The notes below the pieces were generated by a model that was given only the letters and a program-made list of their open reading frames with translations, had not been told where the DNA came from and made no database searches. Of a stretch of DNA of 64,000 nucleotides, positions 1 to 10,223 are shown in pieces. A program made the translations under genes and the position numbers. Location: positions 91,077 through 155,076 of the forward strand of contig CAWJSR010000026.1 of assembly GCA_963845515.1 (NCBI GenBank), in the 5' to 3' direction. Each line of letters starts with the position of its first letter. Within the stretch, counting starts at the first letter, position 1. This stretch comes from an uncultured delta proteobacterium. GTDB taxonomy: Bacteria > Myxococcota > Myxococcia > Myxococcales > Anaeromyxobacteraceae.

Positions 1-114
1 GGCCGGGTAGAACGCGACGTCGACGGTGCTCGCCGCCTCATCGAAGAGATCCTGCGGGAGCGCCTGGAAGGGCGTCGTCGCCCGGAGGTACGCCACGGGA
101 TCGATCGCGGCCAT
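1..114 (-). CDS. N-terminus (partial, runs off window) of a third cNMP-CBS-DUF294 nucleotidyltransferase-like paralog
   Basis: Manual translation from ATG at 114: MAAIDPVAYLRATTPFQALPQDLFDEAASTVDVAFYPA. This closely matches the start of the 157-1945 protein (RSIDPIAYLRSVAPFDLLPQPLFDEAAAGVEVAFHP). Not in the ORF track. Confidence 0.8.
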   Translation of the reverse strand, partial: MAAIDPVAYLRATTPFQALPQDLFDEAASTVDVAFYPA

Positions 115-156
115 GGGGACGCGATGATAGCACGGCGCACGAGCGCCCCTCCGCGC

Positions 157-1945
157 CTACAGGAGCCCCGTCTGGTAGTGGAAGGCCGCCTTCTCCTGCC
201 ACCGCCGGATCGCCCGGAAGGACTCCTTCACCCGATTCCGCTCCATCGGCGTCAGCGAGGCCATGACGATCTCGTTCGCCGGCACCCGGTGCTCGGAGAG
301 CGCCCTGAGCTGCGCGCGGAGCCGGACCCCCAGGAGCAGCTCGTAGGCCTGGCTCACGTCGGCGTGCACGTTCTCGCCCATCAGCCCGGCCGCGAGGGCG
401 GCGTCGAGCCGGCCGAAGGTGTTCCTGGTCGCCGCGCCGATCTCGACCGCGTAGCAGCGCGCCAGGAAGACGACCGGCGAGATCCCCTCCGCCTTGAGGT
501 CGACGTGGGAGGACTTGCGCAGGAGGATGCCAGTGGGAGGCACGAACGCGAGGGCAGCGTTCGCCAGCAGCCGCACGAAGTGGCGGACCCTCTTCGCGCC
601 CGCCAGGAGCTCCTCGATCCGGCCCACGTCGAGCTCCCCCGCCACCTTCCGGTAGTCGAAGAAGATGGCGGCGTCGTGCGGCCGCTCCTCGATGCTGGCG
701 GAGATCTCGGTGCTCCCACTCGGACAGCGTGCCGTGCCAGCGGCGCGCCATGCGCCCGCCGGGGCAGCGGGGGAAGCCGGCCAGCTCGAGGTCGTCGCCC
801 ACCCGATCCGCGAAGCGCTCGAACCACTGCCGGTCGCCGGCGACGTCGTCCGCGTAGACGAGGGCGTTGTCCTGGTCGGTGAGGAGCGTCTGCTCCATCC
901 GCCCCTCCGAGCCGAAGTCCAGCCAGGCCCAGCGCGCGGGCGCCGGCCCCAGCTCCGCCTCGACCCACCGGGTGATCCTGCGGAGGAGCGTGTCGTTGAG
1001 CCGGGCGACGAACCCGGCGATCGTGTTCGCCTCGAGCCCGCCCGAGAGGAGCGTCGAGGCCATCTCCGCCACGCGCCCGCCGTAGCCGGGGAGGCCGTCG
1101 CGACCGCCAATCCGCTCCACGCTCCGGAGCACCGAGATCGGCCCCTGCGCGGAGCACTTCAGGAGGTCGGAGGAGGTGAGCACCCCGATCAGCTCACCAT
1201 CGCGCTCCACGGCGAGGTGGTTCACCCCGGCGTCGACCAGGTTCTTCCACGCCTCGAAGAGCGGCATCCCCACCGGCACGGCCATGACCGGCTGGCTGAA
1301 GACCTGCGCCACCGGCGTCTTCGGCCCGAGCCCCTCGGCGAGGACCCGCCCGCGCAGGTCCCGGTCGGTGAGGATCCCTGGAGGCGTGGTCCGCACCAGG
1401 ACCGACGAGATCCGCTCGGCCCGCATCACGCGCGCGGCCTCGGCCACCGTCGCCCCAGCCTCCACCCATACCGCGCCGCGCCGGAGGATCTGCGCCACGT
1501 CCTGGGAGAGGTCGGGCTGGAGGGAGGCCACCGGAGAGTGGGTGAGGCTCGTCTTGAGCCGCTCGGCCAGCCCCACGGCGAAGAAGCGCGCGAACGTCGC
1601 GTCGCCCAGGAGCTTGCGGAACTCCGCCTCCGGGACGCGGTAGGCGAGCAGGTCCTCCTCCACGGTGACGTCCATGGACGCCTCGTGCGTGATCAGGGAG
1701 GTGTAGCCGAACATCTCCCCCTCCTCGACGAGCTGGAGCGTCTGGCCTTCGCGCTCCAGCCTGACGGAGCCGCGCCGGATCACGTAGAGGAAGCGGAAGG
1801 GGTCGCCGCCGGCGCTGGAGAGCCGCGTCCCCACGGGGTGGAACGCCACCTCGACGCCGGCCGCAGCCTCGTCGAACAGGGGCTGGGGCAGGAGGTCGAA
1901 CGGCGCGACCGAGCGGAGGTAGGCGATCGGGTCGATGGACCGCAC
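157..1945 (-). CDS. cNMP-binding + CBS pair + DUF294 nucleotidyltransferase-like protein (one frameshift near 712)
   Basis: cNMP-like N-terminus (LYVIRRGSV..EGEMFG), CBS repeats (GILTDRDLR), NTase motif GSEGRMEQTLLTDQDN. The C-terminal half (FFDYRKVAG..VDLKAEGISPVVFLAR) continues in the frame of ORF 157..1110. Confidence 0.85.
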
Positions 1946-1990
1946 GGCGCAAGGATACACCCAGCCGGGGGCGAGGCGGTCGGAGGGCGT

Positions 1991-3376
1991 TCAACCCATG
2001 ACCTGATAGTGGTACGCGGCCTCCGCCTGCCACCTCCGGATGGCGCCGAAAGCCTCCAGGAGCCTGCGCCGCTCGCGGGGAGTCACCTGCCCCAGCGCGA
2101 CCCGGTTGCCGCCTGCCTCGACGCTGCGACCGCGCAGCTGGACCTGCAGCCTGAGCCCGAGGAGGAACCTGAAGCCCTCGGTGACGGCTGCGCAGACCTC
2201 GTCTCCCATGAGCCCGGCGGCGCGCGCCGCCTCGAGCCGCCCGAGGGTCGATCGCTCGTCCGAGCCCACCTCGATCGCCTGGCAGCGCGCGAGGAAGACG
2301 ACGGGCGTGATGCCGTGCCGCTTCAGGTCGATCGTCGCTGCGTCCCCGCGGAGCCTGAGCAGGATCGGCGGTGGCGGCCGGAACTCCAGCGCCTCGCGGG
2401 CGAGGAAGCGGACGAGCAGGGCGCTGCGCGCGCCGCCGGCGAGCGCCTCGTCGAGCGGCGCCACGTCCAGCGTCCCGGCGACGCGCCTGAAGTCGTACCA
2501 GAGCTCGGCCTCGTGGGGCCTCGGCGCCTCGACGCACTCGACGAAGCGCCGCCGCCAGGTCGAGAGCGACGCGCGGTGGTTCCGGGCCATGTGGCCGCCC
2601 GCGCAGGCAGGGAACCCCGCGACCTCGAGGTCGGCGTTGGCCCGCTCGGCGAGCCTCAGGTACCAGTCGGCGTGAGGCTCGCCGGCGTCATGGTAGGCGA
2701 GGAGGTTGTCCTGATCGGTGAGGAGCGTCTGCTCCCTGCGCCCCTCGGATCCCATCGCGATCCAGGCCCAGGGGGCCGGGGGCGCGCCCAGCTCCTCCTC
2801 CGCCCAGCCGAGGATGCGCCGAACGAGGGCGTCGTTGACCCGCGCGACCAGGGCGGCGATGGCGACCGCGTCGGGGGCGACCGCGACCAGCCCCTCGACC
2901 ATCTCCGCCACCTGCGCGGCGTAGCCCGCCAGCGAGTCGCGACCCCGGAGCCCCTCGATCCGCCGCTGCAGGACGAGCGGCCCGCGGGCCGAGCCGCGGA
3001 GCAGGTCGCCGGAGGTGAGGATCCCGACGATCTCCCCGTCCCTGACCACCGGGAGGTGGCGGACCCCGGCGTCGAGCACCACCTGCCACGCGGCGTAGAC
3101 CGGCGTGCCCCACGGGATCGTGACGAGCGGGCGGCTGAAGACGCTCGCGACCGGCGTGGCCGGCCCCAGCCCCTCGGCCAGCACGCGGCCGCGGAGGTCC
3201 CGGTCGGTGAGGATCGCCGGCGGGTCGCAGCGCACCAGCACGGACGAGATCCGCTCCTCGCGCATGACCCTCGCCGCCGCGCCCACCGTCGCGTCGCCGT
3301 CGACCCAGCGGGCGGGACGGCGGAGCAGGTGCTGGACCTCGAGGGCGAGGAGCGAGTCGGGGACGGTCGAGCGCAA
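1991..3376 (-). CDS. CBS pair + DUF294 nucleotidyltransferase-like protein lacking the cNMP domain
   Basis: AILTDRDLR, GSEGRREQTLLTDQDN, IDLKRHGITPVVFLAR; a clear paralog of 157-1945. Start codon uncertain. Confidence 0.85.
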   Translation of the reverse strand: MRSTVPDSLLALEVQHLLRRPARWVDGDATVGAAARVMREERISSVLVRCDPPAILTDRDLRGRVLAEGLGPATPVASVFSRPLVTIPWGTPVYAAWQVVLDAGVRHLPVVRDGEIVGILTSGDLLRGSARGPLVLQRRIEGLRGRDSLAGYAAQVAEMVEGLVAVAPDAVAIAALVARVNDALVRRILGWAEEELGAPPAPWAWIAMGSEGRREQTLLTDQDNLLAYHDAGEPHADWYLRLAERANADLEVAGFPACAGGHMARNHRASLSTWRRRFVECVEAPRPHEAELWYDFRRVAGTLDVAPLDEALAGGARSALLVRFLAREALEFRPPPPILLRLRGDAATIDLKRHGITPVVFLARCQAIEVGSDERSTLGRLEAARAAGLMGDEVCAAVTEGFRFLLGLRLQVQLRGRSVEAGGNRVALGQVTPRERRRLLEAFGAIRRWQAEAAYHYQVMG

Positions 3377-3444
3377 GGGGCTGCGTACGCCGGCTGCCGG
3401 ACCGCGGCGCGGTCACGCCGCGATCCGGCAGTGGCGCGCCTCGA

Positions 3445-3873
3445 TCAGGCCTCGACCTTGGCCACGATCTTCTGGACCGCGGCCGCCAGCGCGGGGGCCG
3501 GCGTGACGAGCACCGTCCGTCCGGCGAGCGTCCACGAGAACCGTGGCTCGTCCTTGTGCTGCGTGTAGACGGCGCGCAGGTCGTCCGAGAGGATCTGGGC
3601 CTTGGCCGCAGTCAGGCCGTGATCCTTCATCGCCGTCTTGAAGTTGCTCTCGCGTCCGTCGTGGAACCAGACGATGCCGAACGTCCCCGGCGGCTTTCCA
3701 ACGAAGACGTAATAGCCGCGCTCCGCGGGGACTATCTCCAGCTTGTCCTGGACGCGCTTGGCGAACCCCTCGAGCAGCTCCCGATCACGCCCCAGCCGCG
3801 CGGCGGTCTCGCTCGACTGCTCCAGCTGCGGGCGCGGCTTCTCTCCACCGAACAGGTTACCCAGCAAACCCAT
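3445..3873 (-). CDS. hypothetical soluble protein (142 aa)
   Basis: ATG with AAGGGAG RBS, protein-like composition, co-oriented upstream of the DUF294 genes. Confidence 0.75.
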   Translation of the reverse strand: MGLLGNLFGGEKPRPQLEQSSETAARLGRDRELLEGFAKRVQDKLEIVPAERGYYVFVGKPPGTFGIVWFHDGRESNFKTAMKDHGLTAAKAQILSDDLRAVYTQHKDEPRFSWTLAGRTVLVTPAPALAAAVQKIVAKVEA

Positions 3874-4033
3874 AGGTCGCTCCCTTCACTCGACGTACTC
3901 TGCGAGGAGGGAAGCAGGAGCCGCCTCGGAGAGATACGTCATCTCCGAATGGCGGCCCGGCCATCCGATCAACCTCCGGAGTGCACTCACTGCCCTCCGG
4001 ACCCGCACAGACTGTAGCAGCCTCACCGGGGTC

Positions 4034-4049
4034 TGGCGCAAGAGCTGCG
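4034..4049 (+). promoter_or_regulatory. candidate sigma-54 (-24/-12) promoter
   Basis: TGGCGCAAGAGCTGC has GG-N10-GC spacing, ~50 bp upstream of the 4098 gene. Imperfect match to the consensus. Confidence 0.3.
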
Positions 4050-4097
4050 CGCAAAAACATGCTGCTTTTTACGCGCTGCGTCGCTATATGTCAGTGA

Positions 4098-4598
4098 ATG
4101 CGTGAACCGAACAGGGTCTGGGCGGGTCTCTACGGCGCTGCCTTCCATGCGCTGCTGGTCGTCATAATGGTGGGGCTGGCGCTCTACAACCGGGCCGAGC
4201 TCGTTCCCGCCGTCCTCGTCCGGGCCGTGCCCGTGCTCCTGGTCTCTGCGCTCGTCCTCTACTACTTCATCGTCGGCCCCTACCTCCCGAGCCGCTCCAA
4301 GCGGAAGGCGGCCGTCTTCGCGGACTCGGCCATCGGCATGCTGGTGGAGACTGCCATCGCCGTGCTCACCTCGGTCCTCTACTCCCTGATCGCGTCGATC
4401 CCCACGCTCTCGGACGGGTTCGGCGCCTTCGGCCCGACGTTCCTGTGGACGTCCGCCCGGACGCTCCTCTGGATGTTCGGCAGCTTCTTCGTGCAGATCC
4501 TGGTGGTCGGCAACGCCGCCGGGCTCGTGGGCTGGGTCGTGCTGAAGAAGCTGGCTGACCGCTCGGCTGCCACCAGCCCCAAGCCGGACGCCGCGTAG
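4098..4598 (+). CDS. hypothetical integral membrane protein (~4 TM)
   Basis: Four hydrophobic stretches and GC3-biased codons. Confidence 0.75.
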   Translation: MREPNRVWAGLYGAAFHALLVVIMVGLALYNRAELVPAVLVRAVPVLLVSALVLYYFIVGPYLPSRSKRKAAVFADSAIGMLVETAIAVLTSVLYSLIASIPTLSDGFGAFGPTFLWTSARTLLWMFGSFFVQILVVGNAAGLVGWVVLKKLADRSAATSPKPDAA

Positions 4599-4615
4599 GT
4601 CGGGGTCACCTCGCC

Positions 4616-4831
4616 ATGCCCTTCATGGACCTGACCTCGTCGGTCGGCCTCCTCGTGGTCTCGATCATCGTGGCGAGCAACGGCGGCCGGATCGCCGCTC
4701 ACCGCGAGGTCGTCACGCGGTTCGGGGCTCTCCGGGGCGCGCCGGCGCTCGCGCTCGGGATCGCGATGCTCCTGGCCGGGCTGGTGGGCGTCGGCTTCTC
4801 CTGGTACGTGGGGCTCCGGCTCGGGGGCTGA
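4616..4831 (+). CDS. small 2-TM membrane protein
   Basis: Two hydrophobic segments; follows 4098-4598 on the same strand. Confidence 0.55.
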   Translation: MPFMDLTSSVGLLVVSIIVASNGGRIAAHREVVTRFGALRGAPALALGIAMLLAGLVGVGFSWYVGLRLGG

Positions 4832-4874
4832 GTCCGGGGCGGAGCGCGGCCAGGAACGCCTCACGGGCTGCCAC
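4830..4874 (-). pseudogene. lutC-like N-terminal remnant
   Basis: A GTG at 4874 overlapping the lutB end reads MAAREAFLAALR, like LutC/YkgG N-termini, then loses similarity at the convergent gene. Confidence 0.4.
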
Positions 4875-6228
4875 GGGTCCTCCTGTAGAGCTCTCGGAAG
4901 CTCTCGGCCGGTGGCGGCGGCAGGTCGCGCTGCCGCCCCCAGCCACCCGAGAAGCGGGCTGCCAGCCGTGGCGCGAGCCGCAGCGCGAGCCTCGCCCACC
5001 TGCCGAACCGCTCGTAGCGTCCCGGGGAGCGGAGCACCCACGCGCCGGCGGCGAGCGCGACCCGCTTCGCGAGCGGGATCAGGCCGGCCGCCGCGAGCTC
5101 GCGCCGCCAGGCCAGCAGCTGGTGGTGGAGATCGATCCTGACCGGGCAGACGTCGGCGCAGGAGCCGCAGAGCGTGCTCGCGAGCGGCAGGCTGGCGTGG
5201 GCCCGCAGGTCGCGGTGTGGGGCGAGGACCGAGCCGATGGGACCCGGGACCGGGACGCCGTAGCTGTGGCCGCCCGAGCGGCGGTAGACCGGGCAGGTGT
5301 TCATGCAGGCGCCGCAGCGGATGCAGCGGAGCGCCTGCCAGTAGTCGTTCCGGGCGAGGAGCGCGCTGCGCCCGGCGTCCACGACGACGATGTGCAGCTC
5401 GCCGCCGGTGCGCGGGCCGAGGAAGTGGGTGGTGTAGGTCGTGACGGGCTGCCCGGTCGCCGAGCGCGCCAGCAGCCGGAGGAAGACCGGCAGGTCCCGG
5501 GCGCGGGGGATGATCTTCTCGAGCCCCATGCTCGCCACGTGGATCGGTGGGAGCGCCGTCCCCATGTCGGCGTTCCCCTCGTTGGTGCAGACCACCACCG
5601 CGCCGGTGTCGGCGACGGCGAAGTTGACCCCGGTGAGCCCTGCCTGCGCGGCGAGGAACTTCTTCCGGAGGTGGCCGCGCGCCGCCTCGGTCAGGTACTT
5701 CGGGTCCGAGGCGCCAGCCTCGGTCCCCAGCTGCTCGTGGAAGAGCTCGCCGATCTGCTCCTTCTTGAGGTGTATCGCCGGCAGGACGATGTGGCTCGGC
5801 GGCTCGTGGCGGAGCTGGACGATCCGCTCGCCCAGGTCGGTGTCGATCACCTCGATGCCGCGCGCCTCCAGGAAGGGGTTGAGCCCGCACTCCTCGGTGA
5901 GCATCGACTTCGACTTGACCAGCCGGGTGACGCCGCGCGCCGAGAGGATCCCGCGGACGATCCGGTTGTGCTCCTCCCCGGTGCGCGCCCAGTGGACCTG
6001 CGCCCCGGCCGCGGTGGCGTTCCTCTCGAAGGTCTCCAGGAGCGCGGGGAGCTCCGAGAGCGCGTGGGCCTTGATCCCCTCGGCCAGCTCGCGCAGCCGC
6101 TCCCAGTCCGGGACGCCTGCCGCGGCTCGATCGCGCTTCTCCCGGACGAACCAGAGCGCCTGGTCGTGCCAGTGGGCGTGCGGCTCGTCGGCGACGAAGG
6201 CCGCGGCGCGCTCGGCGTGCGTCCTCAC
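4861..6228 (-). CDS. lutB: lactate utilization protein B (LutB/LldF/YkgF), Fe-S protein
   Basis: VKSKSMLTEE, DTDLGERIVQL..PSHIVLPAIH, TNEGN, CIRCGACMNTCP, STLCGSCADVCPVRI. Confidence 0.92.
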   Translation of the reverse strand: MRTHAERAAAFVADEPHAHWHDQALWFVREKRDRAAAGVPDWERLRELAEGIKAHALSELPALLETFERNATAAGAQVHWARTGEEHNRIVRGILSARGVTRLVKSKSMLTEECGLNPFLEARGIEVIDTDLGERIVQLRHEPPSHIVLPAIHLKKEQIGELFHEQLGTEAGASDPKYLTEAARGHLRKKFLAAQAGLTGVNFAVADTGAVVVCTNEGNADMGTALPPIHVASMGLEKIIPRARDLPVFLRLLARSATGQPVTTYTTHFLGPRTGGELHIVVVDAGRSALLARNDYWQALRCIRCGACMNTCPVYRRSGGHSYGVPVPGPIGSVLAPHRDLRAHASLPLASTLCGSCADVCPVRIDLHHQLLAWRRELAAAGLIPLAKRVALAAGAWVLRSPGRYERFGRWARLALRLAPRLAARFSGGWGRQRDLPPPPAESFRELYRRTRGSP

Positions 6229-6302
6229 GGCGCCTCCCCGAGCAGCAGCTCGTGATCGACGCAGCAGGGGACGAAGAGCGCGACCGTCGGCACGACCTGC
6301 AT
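6225..6302 (-). pseudogene. lutA-like remnant (25 aa; N-terminus joined to a C-terminal tail)
   Basis: MQVVPTVALFVPCCVDHELLLGEAP*. VALFVPCxVD is the LutA/YkgE start motif, and the stop overlaps the lutB start (GTGA). Confidence 0.55.
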
Positions 6303-6365
6303 TGTACGCAGGATCGCGCCCACCCGGGAGCGGACGGGAGCGCGCGGCGATGCAGGGCGCGACGC

Positions 6366-6402
6366 AAGAAGCGGCCGCCCCCGGGTCGGAGACGGCCGCT
6401 TC
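6366..6402 (-). terminator. hairpin terminator downstream of the SSS transporter
   Basis: GAAGCGGCCG...CGGCCGCTTC inverted repeat just after the stop at 6427. Confidence 0.6.
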
Positions 6403-6426
6403 GTCACTGCGCTTCGGGGCTCGAGG

Positions 6427-8148
6427 CTAGGCAGCAGCCTTGCCGTGCGTCGACTCCTTGGGGTACCGGAGGTTGCCGACGAGGTCCTGGACCTCCTTCG
6501 GCGGCGCCGGCGTGAACATCGTGACCACGCCCATCACCACGAAGTTCACCGTCATGCCGATCATGCCGATGCCCTCGGGGCTGATCCCGAGGAACCAGTG
6601 ATCGGCGTTGTTGAGCGGCTTGTTCACGAACTTGAAGTAGATGATGTACGAGGCGGTGAAGACGATGCCGGAGAGCATGCCGGAGATGGCCGCCTCCTTC
6701 GTCGCGCGCTTCCAGAAGACGCCCATGATGATGATCGGGAAGAAGGACGACGCCGCGAGACCGAAGGCGAACGCGACGACCTCCGCCACGAAGCCAGGCG
6801 GGTTGATGCCGAAGTAGCCGGCGATGATGACCGCGCCGCCGGCGGCTCCACGCGCCCACCTGAGCTCGGCCTTCTCGGTCATGTCCTTCGAGATGATGCT
6901 CTTCATGAGGTCATGCGACACGGCGGCCGCGATGACGAGGAGGAGGCCGGCCGCGGTGGAGAGCGCCGCCGCGAGACCGCCGGCAGCCACGAGCGCGATG
7001 ACCCAGTTCGGGAGCTTCGCGATCTCGGGGTTGGCGAGGACCATGATGTCCTTGTCGACCTTGACCTCGTTCACCTTCGGGTCCTTCGCCATCTGCATGA
7101 CGCCGTCGCCGTTCTTGTCCTCCCAGCCGACGAGCTTGGTCTTCTCCCAGTTCTTGAACCAGGAGGGGGCCTCGGAGTACTTCGTCCCGTGGATGGTCTT
7201 GATGAAGTTGGTGCGGGCGAAGGCGGCGACCGCGGGGGCGGTCGTGTAGAGGATGGCGATGAAGAGGAGCGCCCAGCCTGCAGAGGCGCGGGCGTCGCGG
7301 ATCTTCGGCACCGTGAAGAAGCGGATGATGATGTGCGGGAGGCCGGCGGTGCCGACCATCATCGTGAAGGTGATGGCGAAGACGTCCCAGTTGTTGCCGC
7401 GGCCGGAGGTGTACTTGTTGAACCCGAGGTCGGTGCTGATCCCGTTCAGGACGTCGAGGAGGTAGGTCCCCTCCGGGGCGTTCAGGATCGCGGCGCCGCC
7501 GGCGTGGATCGGCGAGCCGTAGCCGAGCTGCGGGATCGGGTTGCCGGTCAGCATCACCGAGATGAAGATCGCGGGGACGAGGTACGCCACGATGAGGACG
7601 CAGTACTGGGCGACCTGCGTGTAGGTGATCCCCTTCATGCCGCCGAGGGTGGCGTAGAAGAAGACGATGACCATGCCGGCGATGACGCCGCCGTTGATCG
7701 AGGTGTTGAGGAAGCGGGAGAAGACGATGCCGACGCCGCGCATCTGGCCGGCGACGTAGGTGAAGGAGACGAAGATCGCGCAGAAGAGCGCCACGACGCG
7801 CGCGGTGTTCGAGTAGTACCGATCACCGACGAACTGCGGCACCGTGAACTTGCCGTACTTGCGGAGGTAGGGGGCGAGGAGCACCGCGAGGAGCGTGTAG
7901 CCGCCAGTCCACCCCATCAGGTACTGCGAGCCGTCTCGTCCCATGAAGGAGATGAGGCCGGCCATCGAGATGAACGACGCGGCCGACATCCAGTCGGCGC
8001 CGGTCGCCATGCCGTTGAGGATGGGGTGAATCGACTTCTCCGCGACGTAGAAGTCACCGGTCGACTTCGCCTGCGCGAAGAGGGCGATGCCGATGTAGAG
8101 GGCGAACGAGATACCGACGATGAGCCAAGTCCAGGCAAGAATTCCCAT
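6427..8148 (-). CDS. sodium:solute symporter, ActP-like (VC_2705-type subfamily), probable monocarboxylate permease
   Basis: NGMATGADWMSAASFIS, GGMKGITYTQVAQY, GTAGLPHIIIRFFTVP; multiple TM segments. Confidence 0.92.
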   Translation of the reverse strand: MGILAWTWLIVGISFALYIGIALFAQAKSTGDFYVAEKSIHPILNGMATGADWMSAASFISMAGLISFMGRDGSQYLMGWTGGYTLLAVLLAPYLRKYGKFTVPQFVGDRYYSNTARVVALFCAIFVSFTYVAGQMRGVGIVFSRFLNTSINGGVIAGMVIVFFYATLGGMKGITYTQVAQYCVLIVAYLVPAIFISVMLTGNPIPQLGYGSPIHAGGAAILNAPEGTYLLDVLNGISTDLGFNKYTSGRGNNWDVFAITFTMMVGTAGLPHIIIRFFTVPKIRDARASAGWALLFIAILYTTAPAVAAFARTNFIKTIHGTKYSEAPSWFKNWEKTKLVGWEDKNGDGVMQMAKDPKVNEVKVDKDIMVLANPEIAKLPNWVIALVAAGGLAAALSTAAGLLLVIAAAVSHDLMKSIISKDMTEKAELRWARGAAGGAVIIAGYFGINPPGFVAEVVAFAFGLAASSFFPIIIMGVFWKRATKEAAISGMLSGIVFTASYIIYFKFVNKPLNNADHWFLGISPEGIGMIGMTVNFVVMGVVTMFTPAPPKEVQDLVGNLRYPKESTHGKAAA

Positions 8149-8181
8149 GATGGTCTCTCCAGTGTCCGGGGAGGCTCGCGC

Positions 8182-8439
8182 CTAGTCCTCGTAGACGCCA
8201 AACTTCTTGTCGAGCTTGTTCATCAGCGCGACGTACACGACGATAAGCAGCACGAAGACGATCTCGGAGCCCTGGTTGGCAAACCAGAAGCCGACGGGGA
8301 AGCCGCCGATCCGGTTGGCATCGAGTTGGTCGGCGATCATGATCCCGGCGAGGAACGAGACGCCGAACCAGACCGCGAGGATGGAGACGATGTAGACGAG
8401 GTTCTGCCGCCAGTAAGCGACCTGCTGTTCATGTGTCAT
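8182..8439 (-). CDS. DUF4212-type small subunit of the SSS transporter
   Basis: AYWRQNL..GGFPVGFWFANQGS..LDKKFGVYED; GGAG RBS; directly upstream of the SSS gene. Confidence 0.88.
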   Translation of the reverse strand: MTHEQQVAYWRQNLVYIVSILAVWFGVSFLAGIMIADQLDANRIGGFPVGFWFANQGSEIVFVLLIVVYVALMNKLDKKFGVYED

Positions 8440-8875
8440 CGAGGGGACTCCTTGGCCCTGGTTGAATCCGCCGCTGTCTTGTCACGACCGACGATGCTCG
8501 ATTGGGAGCGAGCGCGCAGATGCACACTAGCGCAGCCGCGCAAAATTTGGAAGTGCGCGCATGCTGTGCGCGAACATGGTGCGCGAACCACCGGTCTCGG
8601 GCTCCCCTTTTGGGTTCCTTCCCGGCACCCGTAACAACGTGAAGTCCCAAGAATATTCCTCCTGCACCAAAGAGGTAGCGACCATGCGGGGATGCGGCCG
8701 TCCACCGCGTCGGCGCAAGTTAGGCGCCCTGATTGTCTCGACACTGGCCTCACGTAAGTGATGCGCGCAAGGATGCGCGTCGAGTCGGGATCCAGCGCCA
8801 GCACGGAGAGGGAGCGCGCCGGTGCCGATCAGCGGCTCCAGCCCGAGCGGCGGGGCGACACGACGCCCTAAAATC

Positions 8876-8913
8876 AAGAGAGGGGGCGTCCATCGATCCG
8901 GACGCCCCCCTCC
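8876..8913 (-). terminator. Rho-independent terminator after nhaD
   Basis: GAGGGGGGCGTCC/GGACGCCCCCTC stem followed by TCTTGATTTT on the minus strand. Confidence 0.65.
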
Positions 8914-8937
8914 ATGCTGATCCCGCGCGGCGGCCCG

Positions 8938-10223
8938 CTAGTGCATGAGCGAGTACTGGACGATGTAGGCCGCGATCCCACCGAAGTAGCCGATGAGCGC
9001 CAGCGGGGCGATCTTCTTCGCGTACCAGAAGAAGTGGATCTTCTCGAGCCCCATGGCGGCGACGCCAGCCGCCGAGCCGATGATCAGGATCGAGCCGCCG
9101 GTACCGGCGCAGTAGGCCATGAACTCCCACAGGAAGCTGTCCGCCGGGTACTGCGCCAGGCTGTACATGCCCATGGAGGCGGCCACCAGCGGCACGTTGT
9201 CCACGATGGCGCTCACCAGGCCGATGATGCTGACGATCACGTCCTGACGGCCGACGCTCTGGTCGAGCCACTTCGCCAGCGCCCCGAGGATGTGGGTGTG
9301 CTCGAGGGTCGCCACCGCCAGCAGGATGCCGATGAAGAAGACGATCGAGCTCATGTCGATCCTCCTCAGGGCGTGCACCAGCGTCAGGTGCTGCTTCTCC
9401 TCGTCACCCTTGTTGCGGTGGACCAGCTCTCCGACCAGCCAGAGGATGCCGAGGCCGAAGAGGATCCCCATGAAGGGAGGGAGGTGGGTGATGGACTTGA
9501 AGACCGGGACCGCCACCAGCGTGCCGAGCCCCATGCCGAACATCAGGTTCCGCTCGAAGGTGGTGGTCTGCAGCAGGCCGCTGTCCGCGGCCTGGGGCGG
9601 CGCGACGACCTCCCGACCCTTCAGCATCCAGCTGCACCACGACCAGCGGCACGATCAGGTTGATCAGCGAGGGGATGAAGACCCCCTTCATGATCGCCAG
9701 CGTCGTGATCTGGCCGCCGATCCAGAGCATGGTGGTGGTCACGTCGCCGATCGGCGTCCAGGCGCCGCCGGCGTTGGCGGCGATCACGATCATCCCGGCG
9801 AAGAAGAGCCGGTCGTCGTGCTTGTCGAGCAGCTTCTTCATCAACGAGATCATCACGATGGTGGTGGTCAGGTTGTCGAGGACCGAGCTGAGGAAGAAGG
9901 TGACGAAGCCGACCAGCCACATGAGCGAAGAGAGCCTGGTCGTCTTGATGCGCGAGGTGATGACCTCGAAGCCGTCGTGGGCGTCGACCACCTCGACGAT
10001 GGTCATGGCCCCCATCAGGAAGAAGACGATCTGCGCGGTCGCCGGCCAGCGACTCGCTGAGTTGCTCACCCACCAGCTCGTGGTTTCCGCTCATGACCGC
10101 GTAGACGGTCCAGAGCAGCCCAGCCCCGATCAGCGCCGAGGCGGACTTGTTGATCCCGATCGGGTGCTCGAGCGCGATGGCTGCGTAGGCGACGATGAAG
10201 ATGATGATGAGCGCGGTCAGCAT
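8938..10223 (-). CDS. nhaD: NhaD-family Na+/H+ antiporter (two frameshifts, near 10045 and 9630)
   Basis: Three consecutive ORF pieces carry INKSASAL, GAMTIVEVVDAHDGF, LDNLTTTIVM, AANAGGAWTPIGDVTTTMLW, SAIVDNVPLVAA and GTGGSILIIGSAAGV. Confidence 0.85.

Noticed and set aside
665..3568. 967-aa plus-strand ORF (likewise 10772..13321, 17764..20472, 23032..25104, 37968..40091)
   Set aside because: These lie opposite or across well-supported genes and have Arg/Gly/Pro-rich non-protein-like composition.
8440..8870. Long intergenic region as a riboswitch, ncRNA or small ORF
   Set aside because: No recognisable RNA motif, and the short ORFs lack codon bias or an RBS; only the repeated operator-like words were retained.
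9621..10069. Programmed frameshifting in nhaD
   Set aside because: No slippery sequence at either site, and similar single-base indels are scattered across unrelated genes.
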